NCBI GenBank assembly: GCA_963810275.1
Contig: CAWENF010000021.1
Span: 128,001 to 192,000 of the forward strand
Reading direction: 5' to 3'
DNA length: 64,000 nucleotides
Source of the DNA: an uncultured archaeon
GTDB taxonomy: Archaea > Thermoproteota > Bathyarchaeia > Bathyarchaeales > Bathycorpusculaceae
Of this stretch, positions 41,502 to 51,491 are shown one piece after another; position 1 is the first letter of the stretch, and each line of letters opens with the position of its first letter. Under the pieces are notes generated by a model. The model had not been told where the DNA came from. It saw only the letters and a program-made list of their open reading frames with translations, and searched no databases. Position numbers and translations under genes: made by a program.

Positions 41502-41900
41502 CTCCATCGTTAACCCAATTTTCTTTCTTGGCGTCGTATTTTTTTATTAATTAACGCTGTAAAGATTAACAAATGAGTTTTTTTGTTTTGAATGGCATCT
41601 TGGAAATATATCATTAATAGATGTCGATTCATCATCGCCGTAGTCACCACCTTCGGGTTACTTGAACTCGAAAGTAGTTCTCATATCCCTTTTGAGAGTA
41701 TCTATAGTGCTTGATTGCTCTGCGTGTACCAAACAGAGTTGCGATCATGAAGAAAATACGTTCTCAAGGAGTTGAGTAAACATGAGCGGTTTTTTGCTAT
41801 GGGTGAATACAAATTTAGGCAAAGCTAAAGCTAACAGACAGCTGAAAGAAAAATTAAAACGGAAAACATAGATTCCTGTTTTTAAAGGGATAGTCGACGG

Positions 41901-42089
41901 TTATACGACTCTTTGCCTCTGAAGAGTCTTAGTTCTCCAGGTATAGCGCCGCATGGTTTTCTGTTCACCGAAGCCACAAGCGCCACAACGGTGGTTACGC
42001 ACGTGGTAAGCGCGTCTACCGCATCTGCGGCACATAATATGGACTGTTTTTCCTTGACGCTTACCCATAGAAGGAGTACCCTTACCCAT
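41901..42089 (-). CDS. rpl37e: 50S ribosomal protein eL37
   Basis: GKGTPSMGK, HIMCRRCG, CGACGF. Confidence 0.95.
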   Translation of the reverse strand: MGKGTPSMGKRQGKTVHIMCRRCGRRAYHVRNHRCGACGFGEQKTMRRYTWRTKTLQRQRVV

Positions 42090-42094
42090 TCAAC

Positions 42095-42322
42095 TCACCT
42101 GGGTGGGGGCGAAATAAGGACTACGTTGTCTCCGCGGACGATTATTAGCCCTAACTTCCTTTGGTTTTCAACGACTGTAGTGTCTTCTGTTTCTTCCAAG
42201 ACCAAGTTTAGGTGTTGATCGAATCCCTTGAGGCGACCTCTGAGGCTTTTGCCACCTTTTAAGCGGACGAGCACAATTTTGCTGAGGTTCTGTTCAAGGA
42301 TTTCGGTTGTCATTTCGCTCAT
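42095..42322 (-). CDS. Sm-like archaeal protein (SmAP1/LSm)
   Basis: GRLKGFDQHLNLVL, IVRGDNVV; conserved linkage to rpl37e. Confidence 0.95.
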   Translation of the reverse strand: MSEMTTEILEQNLSKIVLVRLKGGKSLRGRLKGFDQHLNLVLEETEDTTVVENQRKLGLIIVRGDNVVLISPPPR

Positions 42323-42512
42323 ATTGGAATCCTCAATTTTCTTGTTGCTTCTATACTTGAATTCTCTCCATTTAAACCTATCTAACCTTGGATAAGGATT
42401 AGGCAGATAAGCTGAGGAACTGCAAGGGGTGCTTTGTTTGTGGGTTTTGTGGCTTTCACTTATAAGTAGGTGTAGGCTAGTTTCGGAGTAAAACAGGCTT
42501 GAGGCTGAATAA

Positions 42513-43196
42513 GTGAAGATAAAAATCAGCAGAAACTATGCGGTTTTAGCAGTGGTACTTGCTGTTCTGCTGGTTTTATCCGTGTATTTCTACGTGAACT
42601 TTAATGACCCCTACATTCTGCTTTTCTTCACCGCGTTGGGCTTTAACCTCATCCCGTTTGCTGGTCCCAGCAATCTACTGATTGCCTCAACCGCAGCCAT
42701 CGCCTTCGTGGAGTCAGACCCCCTCACGCTAGTCACCATCGGGTTTATAATCGCTATAGCTGCCGCCCTCGCCAAAGGCGTGCATTACATGATAACGTTT
42801 TTTGTTAGTGGGCAATTAAGCGAGAAGAGGCGCCAACGCTTAGACCAAGACGCATCAAAAGTGCGCAAATGGGCGTTTCTGCTTCTTTTCGCCGCAGCCG
42901 CCACCCCAATCCCTGACGAGCCCATAGTTATCCCGCTTGGGTTAATGAAGTACAGCCCCGCAAAGTTCTTCACCGCCTACTTCTTAGGCAAACTATCCAT
43001 CACGGTTGCGGGAGCTTTTCTGGGTCAGGAAACAAGCACGCTGTTTTCGGGTTGGCTAAGTCCAGAAGCCATGGTAGCCATATCGGTTGTGTTAACGGTG
43101 GTTATCACTGTTATTCTGCTAAAGGTGGACGTGGGTAAGCTGGCGAATAAGTACCTGCACCACAAACCCAAAGAAACACAGCGAAAAGCATTATAA
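42513..43196 (+). CDS. DedA/VTT-domain membrane protein
   Basis: NLIPFAGP, AATPIPDE, PLGLMKY, GK motif; multiple TMs. Confidence 0.8.
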   Translation: MKIKISRNYAVLAVVLAVLLVLSVYFYVNFNDPYILLFFTALGFNLIPFAGPSNLLIASTAAIAFVESDPLTLVTIGFIIAIAAALAKGVHYMITFFVSGQLSEKRRQRLDQDASKVRKWAFLLLFAAAATPIPDEPIVIPLGLMKYSPAKFFTAYFLGKLSITVAGAFLGQETSTLFSGWLSPEAMVAISVVLTVVITVILLKVDVGKLANKYLHHKPKETQRKAL

Positions 43197-43226
43197 ACCA
43201 AGCATCCACCCATTTGGCGTGTTAGT

Positions 43227-43730
43227 ATGCCTCAAAAACAGCGCAGATACCCCCTAAAAACCAAAGAAGCAAAACAAATCATAGACCAAGCCAGCCAGAA
43301 ACTCAAACTGGATTTTGAAGCGCTTTTCGGAGCTAAAGCCACCGTGGAGGTCGCCGAGTCCGATGTCGCCGAGGTCTACCTCATCGCAGGAAAGCCGATG
43401 CTTTTCAAATCCGCCGACAAAGTCCTGCCGACGTTACTCTTTTCAGAGTTTGCAGGTGTAGCGCCCAAGATTGTTGTAGATATGGGTGCAGTGCCCTATG
43501 TGTGTAAGGGTGCGACGGTTATGGCGCCAGGTATTGTGCGAGTTGAGGGGGAATTTTCAGTGGGAGACTATGTGCTTGTTTGTGATGTTAAATTTTGCAA
43601 GTCTTTAGCGGTTGCTGAAGCGTTGATGGATTCTGCGACTGCGAGTGCAACCAAGAAGGGTCCAGTTGTTAAGACGGTTCATTGGGTGGGCGATAAGGTT
43701 TGGGATTACGTTAAATCTCTAGCTGAATGA
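43227..43730 (+). CDS. Pre-PUA/PUA RNA-binding protein (Tma20/MCT-1-like)
   Basis: VVDMGAVPYVCKGATVMAPGI, HWVGDKVW. Confidence 0.9.
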   Translation: MPQKQRRYPLKTKEAKQIIDQASQKLKLDFEALFGAKATVEVAESDVAEVYLIAGKPMLFKSADKVLPTLLFSEFAGVAPKIVVDMGAVPYVCKGATVMAPGIVRVEGEFSVGDYVLVCDVKFCKSLAVAEALMDSATASATKKGPVVKTVHWVGDKVWDYVKSLAE

Positions 43731-43827
43731 GCAAACAAAATTTCAAGCATATTTAAGCTATCGCTTCTTTTACAGGTTATTTAGCTGTTTGGGGCTTGAA
43801 AGGTTTTTATTAGCTAACGCATAGGGT

Positions 43828-44703
43828 ATGTTGGTGCTTTTTATGATCTTTCTGTTAGCGGCAATGTTGACGCTAGAGGAGGTTTTCAGCAACTTCTTAA
43901 ACACAATCGCACAAGCTCTACCCGGAATCATCGGAGCAATCATCATAATCATCATCGGAGTCATCGTAGGCTGGTTCGTAGGCAAAGTAGTAAACCGAAT
44001 AGTCGACCGCACCGTAGAGAGAAACTTTGACCAAAGTGAAATCGGAAAGGTCTTCCGTAACTCGGGCTTTGACTTATCCAACTTTGTCGGCGGACTACTA
44101 TATGCGTTTGTTGTAATCGTCTCCATAACCGTCGCCATAGGCTTACTCAACGTACCAGGCACTGAAGGCCAATTCATGGCGCAGATAGCAGCTTACTTAC
44201 CAAGGCTCTTAGGCGGCATACTAGTAATTGTCTTAGGCATCGTACTGGTTGATTTCTTAGCCCAGCTCGTTGGAAAAGTAATTAAACCCATGTTTGGACC
44301 CAACAAAACCGAAATCGCCGACATGCTAAAGAACCTGCTATTCATCGGATTGGTCGCTATCGTCTTAAACATCGCTTTTGATCTGCTGCTGTTCAGCGCT
44401 GGAGGATTAGTATACTCGCTTATCATAGGCTTTGTCATCATCGGAGCAGGCATAATCTTAGCAGACGGCTTAATCAAATCTATAACCGACGACCACCCAG
44501 AATTCATACCCATAGCAGGCTACACCAAATTCATACTCTACAGCATCTTCCTGCTCATCGGCACCGGTGCAATCTTTTCCACGTTCACAGGAGTAACGAC
44601 CATCATCAGCACCATCGCATGGGCATTTGCTATCGCACTGGCAATCGCATTGATACCATTAATCTACAGTTTAGCCAAACGCATACAAATAGAAACTAAA
44701 TAG
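43828..44703 (+). CDS. Membrane protein with MscS-associated TM-helix repeats (CmpX-like)
   Basis: ALPGIIGAIII and YLPRLLGGIL repeats; multiple TMs. Confidence 0.7.
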   Translation: MLVLFMIFLLAAMLTLEEVFSNFLNTIAQALPGIIGAIIIIIIGVIVGWFVGKVVNRIVDRTVERNFDQSEIGKVFRNSGFDLSNFVGGLLYAFVVIVSITVAIGLLNVPGTEGQFMAQIAAYLPRLLGGILVIVLGIVLVDFLAQLVGKVIKPMFGPNKTEIADMLKNLLFIGLVAIVLNIAFDLLLFSAGGLVYSLIIGFVIIGAGIILADGLIKSITDDHPEFIPIAGYTKFILYSIFLLIGTGAIFSTFTGVTTIISTIAWAFAIALAIALIPLIYSLAKRIQIETK

Positions 44704-44787
44704 CCAAAACCTCCGCCCTTTTTTTAAAACTCCATAAGTCGCTCTGTTTCCTAAAGCATTAAAAGCTCAACCGCGAATGTTTTTCTA

Positions 44788-45690
44788 ATGTCCACTCTGA
44801 GTTTACCCTGTTACCTTAAAGCAGCCATTCTAATCGTTGCAACAACCTTCCTTGCATACGGAATTTACTGGGCAGTTAACGGAGTCATATGGGCAAACAG
44901 CCTAACCCAAATCTTTAGAGCCCTCTCCAGTGGGCAAATAGACTTCTTAGGTCCAATTACAGTTACACATGCAATTTTGTTAGTAATTCAAGAGTCATGC
45001 TCGGTTGTAAACTGCTGCTTTGTTCTGCCTGCCAGCGCCATTTTGGGCTTTTACACAGCTGTGCAGTACCTGAAGGGAAACCCAAGTTACCTTGTTAAAC
45101 TGCGTTGGGTGCTTGTTTTGACGGCTGTTTTCTATTTGCTGCTTGTACCCTCCAGCATTCATCATCTCATCGGCATAACATCTGGATGGCCTATGGTTGA
45201 CATCGGCGTCGGCTTATCCTACCTGCTACAGGCGCTACTAATTGCCCCGCCGCTTTTGGTTCTTGCAAAAAAACTGGGAAAACCAAAGCAAACCAGCCAA
45301 ATCCTGCGTTGGGCAGCTGTTGCAGCCCCGCTTTTTGCATTTGCCACGTGGTTTAAGTACCTGTTTTTGTGGTGGGATACGCTGCTGCCACGAGCACCAC
45401 TTGACGGTGGAGTATGGAGTGTGGTGGGCGCCGCAAACGCGGTGGTAACTTTGCTGGCTGCAGGGGCAGTTACAGCGTTTGCAGTCTACAAACTCAAAAA
45501 ACTGAGCTTCGATGCAAAACTTGCGGGAGCAGCGCTGGTTTTGTTCGGCGGCTTCTTCTGGGTTTTCACGTTAACAGCGCTTTTTGTGCCAGCCTACACG
45601 TCGTTTTGGTACTTAACGGATTTCTGGATGCTAACCCTACCCATACTGGGGGCTGCATTGCTATTGCAGCAAAAAACCAACCAGTTTTAG
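44788..45690 (+). CDS. Hypothetical polytopic membrane protein
   Basis: 300-aa ORF with about 8 hydrophobic segments. Confidence 0.7.
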   Translation: MSTLSLPCYLKAAILIVATTFLAYGIYWAVNGVIWANSLTQIFRALSSGQIDFLGPITVTHAILLVIQESCSVVNCCFVLPASAILGFYTAVQYLKGNPSYLVKLRWVLVLTAVFYLLLVPSSIHHLIGITSGWPMVDIGVGLSYLLQALLIAPPLLVLAKKLGKPKQTSQILRWAAVAAPLFAFATWFKYLFLWWDTLLPRAPLDGGVWSVVGAANAVVTLLAAGAVTAFAVYKLKKLSFDAKLAGAALVLFGGFFWVFTLTALFVPAYTSFWYLTDFWMLTLPILGAALLLQQKTNQF

Positions 45691-45753
45691 AGCTGCCCTT
45701 GCCTGTCATTTGCCTTAAATCTTTGCGCGCACCTAAACTGTGTACCGAGTTTT

Positions 45754-46754
45754 GTGTGTAACCACATGCGCAAAAAATGGTTTATTGCCAAAACTTTGCT
45801 ATTGAGGGCGGTTCTTTTAGCATCACTGAATCTGGTTTACGCGGAATCACCGAAAATTATCCATGTAGATAACACTTACAAACCAGCGTACCCTCTTCCT
45901 ACACCGACGCCAACCAACACTCCATCAACCACAACAAGTCCTACAGAGAACGCGGCGCCGACAGCTAACCCCACCACTGTAGCAACAACAGACACTTCTA
46001 CAGAAAACCCAGCAATCTCGCAAAGTTCCACGCCAACAGACACCCAGACTCCAACGGCAGACCCAACCGGCAACCCCACAACCACCGACAACCCAGAAGT
46101 ACCCGAATTAACCCCTATAGCGTTAATCGCAACGTTAATTCTATTTGGCAGCCGTGGCAGTGTTTAGCAGAAAAAACCGCCCAAACCTAAAACGCACAGG
46201 AAGCATAGCCGTTTTGATTGCAGTGATGGCGTTTTCGTTGATGACTAACATGGCGTACGGGCAAACCACTACACCCACAACCACACCCACGCCAGTTGTT
46301 GGCTACTCGCTATGGTTCACCAATGGTACAGAGTTGCTCATAGACGGAGCCAACTGTTACGGCGTACTGTACGGCGGCCCATACTTAAACATAGGCGGCA
46401 TCAAACCTATCGCCAGCGGATTCGGCAGCTCCGCAGACAAAACCAGCAGCATAGTGATTCTAAGAAACGACCGTAACGTATCCATAGACGTTACCTTAAC
46501 GCTCCAAAATGTTCAAGTACCCTCAGACATTGAAATCAGCATGCATTACTTCTTTATGAGTAATCACACTTATGCCCTACACAGCGCAGTGGATGGGAAA
46601 CAGCAAGGTAGCCCAAAACCCGCTGGGACCTGGACAGTACATTTGGCTAGCAATAACGGTCACGCTTGCCCAACCAGATGTGCCCCTAACTGGAACACCC
46701 AATTACGGTTTCAGCTACAGCTTCGACATAGAAGTCACAGCAACACAAGCATAA
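45754..46754 (+). CDS. Secreted Thr/Pro-rich surface protein with internal PEF-CTERM-like motif; two frameshifts (~46145, ~46575)
   Basis: Signal peptide, TP-rich linker, VPEL-TM-RK, second signal-like segment and a beta-rich domain, spread over ORFs 45754-46167, 46145- and 46572-46754. Confidence 0.6.
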
Positions 46755-47108
46755 TCACAAACAACTAAAAGAATCAGTCAACAATACAGCGAAATCCTCG
46801 TTTCCCCAATTTCATTCCAAAATCACGTAAAATTCAACAGTGAAGAAAGTGATTGGAGTAACACCCAAACAATAATTATACCTTCCAACACAGGGTCGAT
46901 TTCAACAACGCCTAAACCTACAACTTCTTATATCCCAAGTACGCCACCATCAACTAACAGCAATGGATCAACTGAGATAACTATACAAATATCGTCTATT
47001 AACTTGCTTTTATTGACGGGTATCCTATTAGTAGTTGTTTTGGGTGTGGCTATAAGCATAGTCATTTCTGTTCAACATCGAAAAACGCCAAAACCATCTA
47101 TCTCTTGA
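46755..47108 (+). pseudogene. Start-less 3' fragment of a membrane-anchored surface protein
   Basis: Open frame FNSEESDWSNTQTIIIP + S/T/P linker + TM + HRK tail, with no ATG/GTG/TTG start before the motif. Confidence 0.5.
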
Positions 47109-47391
47109 TTTTAGTTTGTCTCCGCGGGATTGCGGGTTTGGTGTTTTCACTGTGAGTAAATGAGATGTCAGAGTTTAGGCTAGGGAGGCAAACTGATTCA
47201 TGTAGGGCAATTTATGTTTTTAAGTAGTCGTTCAACTTTACAAGATAAAATCAAAAAAAACGAACCCACTAAAAAGTAAGTGTCACAGAAAGATTTGCAA
47301 CAACAAACATAAATAAAGAAAACTAAAATTTTAAGAAAGGAAGTTTTGAAACTCATTTTCCTTCTTACACTCTTCTATAGCTGCTAAAGTA

Positions 47392-47440
47392 GGGCTTTGA
47401 CGTATAGCCATGTTATGCTCTCCTTGCTCCTCCAGTTAAG
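47392..47440 (-). other. 3' strand of the 16S pre-rRNA processing stem (bulge-helix-bulge)
   Basis: Pairs with 49030-49078; includes a perfect 16-bp inverted repeat (47392-47407 vs 49063-49078). Confidence 0.85.
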
Positions 47441-47456
47441 CACGAATGCTTTACTT

Positions 47457-48942
<1,486 letters not shown>

Positions 48943-49029
48943 TATGCACTCCATGCTGACTTGTCGGATCATTATGTTTTTTGTGTGGTACGAATATTGT
49001 ATAGCACAATTCTCCTCGCATTCAAATTT

Positions 49030-49078
49030 CTTAACTGGATTTGGAGGGAGAAACATTCCACTCTATACGTCAAAGCCC
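49030..49078 (-). other. 5' strand of the 16S pre-rRNA processing stem (bulge-helix-bulge)
   Basis: Transcript UUCUCC-CUCC-AAA-UCCAGUUAAG pairs with CUUAACUGGA-GGAG-CAA-GGAGAG: 3-nt bulge, 4-bp helix, 3-nt bulge. Confidence 0.85.
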
Positions 49079-49249
49079 AATTCAGACCTAATAGAGCAAT
49101 TTATCAGGTCCACATATGTGTCCCCGCAATTGGAGGCCAACACCATCATTCCTGTAAGGCGAATCGCCGTTTCGGTACGGGTTGAGCCGCCGCCATGTGA
49201 TAATTGCGGGGCTTGATAGTAGCTGAGTTCTCTTAGAAGTAACATTAGG

Positions 49250-49270
49250 TGATATAAAGATTTCTTTTCA
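49250..49270 (-). promoter_or_regulatory. Probable rRNA promoter (BRE + TATA)
   Basis: Minus strand reads GAAAAGAAATCTTTATATC, about 310 nt upstream of the mature 16S 5' end. Confidence 0.55.
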
Positions 49271-50340
49271 ACTTGTTTAAACCACGCTTCAGAAGCTGAC
49301 ACGCTTTAAATGAACCCAGTTCTACCACTTCAACATGGCAATGATTAGTTTTTAACATTTCTCCCCATAATCTGCAAAATAAGCTTAACTAAAAAACGAT
49401 TGTTTTCCATGGTTTTTCTATGAAAAAATAGCTGCCACCCCTAAAATCCTCGAAAAACCCGAGCGCCCCCGCAGAAATCATCGTAAATGCGGGGGAGAAA
49501 ACTCTGCGGAAAATACATTGCAGCCGATTTTTCATTTTAGTGTTTTATGATAGCATTGATCTTTTAATCTTCTTTTTGGGCTGTGTTTCTGTTGCTGTTG
49601 ATCGCGGGGCTGATTATGGCATAATCATCAACTAACATAAGAGCAAAAACATAGTTTTTACAATAATTGATATACTATAGAAAATGAGTAAAATAAATTC
49701 AAAATCTCAATTCTCCATTTTAGTCAAGATTTATATAATTTACGAACTGCACCACTACAGACAAGTTCTGCATGCACGCCATTAAATGCGGATGCAGAAG
49801 CCTAATGTGAACAGCAAGTCCCTCCGCTGTATAGTAGCGTTCGAGGCAAAGCATGCAACAAAACCTAGTCAAGATATGGTTCTCCTAAAAAATTGAGCGA
49901 CGAATAACCATAAGGTATGGCAAACTGGAAGCTATAGATTCCTGTTGGGGTTAGTAACGAGGTGCGCGTTACTTATGTGACGGTTGTGCTCGTCTACGTT
50001 GTCGAAGATTTTGTTATTGACTTTGCAGAGGAATTTGGCATTAGAAGTTATCTTTGGCTCTATAAGTACAAGGTTTGGATTTGAACGCTTAGGCAAACAG
50101 TCACCCCCAACAATAGCTGATAGTTACCGGCAGAATTTACGTTTTTGTGACTACTCATGGGCAACAACGCAGAAAAAAGAGCTGGCGAGGATCATATTAT
50201 CTGTGCTCGACTTTCCTGCCAACTCAAAATCAGGAGAAACCGAATTTGATGAGGAGTTGTTGCTTCAGGCAGAAGCCAACATTTTCTTTTATGTCTATTT
50301 GGAGTAAGAAGTATCGTGTGGAAAGGAGTGATTGGTGCCC

Positions 50341-50588
50341 GACAGGTTAGGCGGGTTTGGCTGCCGAGGCTGGGTAAACCGTAAACCACACATTTTTGGT
50401 TTGCCCAATTTCGGCGTAGGGCTTAGCCCGCCCAACGTCTCTTTTTAGGTTGTGACAGCAAGTGCACAATCACATCAGCATTTATGGCGCCAACGCCAAT
50501 AAATACTTGTAAGACGGGTTAACTTAGAAGCAGGCAAATGTTTCCCCTCTCTCTTCCTGATTGTTCCCACTTGTTTCTAAGTTAACCC
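50341..50588 (+). other. Cluster of long G-U-containing hairpins (structured RNA or non-autonomous mobile-element remnant)
   Basis: ~35-bp stem 50346-50436, short stem ~50480-50504, and 19-bp stem 50516-50534/50570-50588. Confidence 0.5.
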
Positions 50589-50710
50589 CACTCGCATCCT
50601 GTCACTTTAAATTTACCAGAATACAATAAAAATATGTTTACGCTTAACCGCCAACACGACAGTTTCTTTTTTAAGATACTTTTATGTATTTTCAGAATAG
50701 GTTTTTGGAT

Positions 50711-50851
50711 ATGCCAACATTCGAATGTACTGTCTGCGGCAAGAAAATACGTGGTGAATACGAAGTGTCATGTACTGGGGATATTAACCGCAACGTGGAA
50801 AAAGCGCCTTGGTGTTGCGGTAAGGAAATGATTGAATCAATCGACGACTAA
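50711..50851 (+). CDS. 46-aa desulforedoxin/rubredoxin-like metal-binding protein
   Basis: Not in the ORF track: MPTFECTVCGKKIRGEYEVSCTGDINRNVEKAPWCCGKEMIESIDD (CxxCG...CCGxxM). Confidence 0.75.
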   Translation: MPTFECTVCGKKIRGEYEVSCTGDINRNVEKAPWCCGKEMIESIDD

Positions 50852-50980
50852 CTTAACGCTCAACTCTATTAGGTTGTGACTACAGACTGGAACCAACAAA
50901 AAAATATTAAAACAGAGCAATCCTGTGGGTATAACAATAGCTTGCCAGTAAGCTGGTAAACTTCAAAAAAGTAGTTTACA

Positions 50981-51442
50981 GTGGTGAAAGTGATTTTGAG
51001 CTTAACACAAGGGGACCTCGCCACCAGCCTACGAGACCACCTAGAAAACAAAGGATACAAGGTCAGCACCTCAAAAGACAGCTATAGTCAAAGCTTAGAG
51101 GTAACTGCGATTAAAAACAGGGAAATCCTAATAATTGAAGGCGTCTGGGAAACGCTTCTGCCAGCTGAGGAGGTCATTACATATGCAATTGGGAAATTAG
51201 TTAAGAGAATGAAAAAGCCAGACCCATGGATTGACTACGGTTTAGCTATTCCAAAGGGTTACTTTAAAGTTCTCAAAGACTATGAGGTCGGCGGCTTGGA
51301 GAACCTAAAACTTCACTTGTTTTTAGTGGAAAATATCTATACACTAACACACTTGAACCCCAAAGTAACGCTTGAACTGGTGAGGCACCTAAAAGCGGGT
51401 AACCTTTCAACTTTGCACATCTGGGGCATAAACTACGAATAA
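50981..51442 (+). CDS. Hypothetical protein, degenerate PD-(D/E)xK-like fold
   Basis: HLENKGYKV...EVTAIKNREILIIEGVW...AIGKL...YGLAIP pattern. Confidence 0.6.
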   Translation: MVKVILSLTQGDLATSLRDHLENKGYKVSTSKDSYSQSLEVTAIKNREILIIEGVWETLLPAEEVITYAIGKLVKRMKKPDPWIDYGLAIPKGYFKVLKDYEVGGLENLKLHLFLVENIYTLTHLNPKVTLELVRHLKAGNLSTLHIWGINYE

Positions 51443-51491
51443 TGCCTAAAATTTAAACAATCTTATAATAAAGTCTGAAGGCAAAACATGC

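Noticed and set aside
49466-49495. Inverted repeat cccccgca...tgcggggg upstream of the rRNA promoter
   Set aside because: Single 8-bp stem with no supporting context
49984-50350. Overlapping ORFs (107 and 67 aa) before the hairpin cluster, considered as a transposase remnant
   Set aside because: No DDE, HUH or RuvC motif recognisable; cannot support a call
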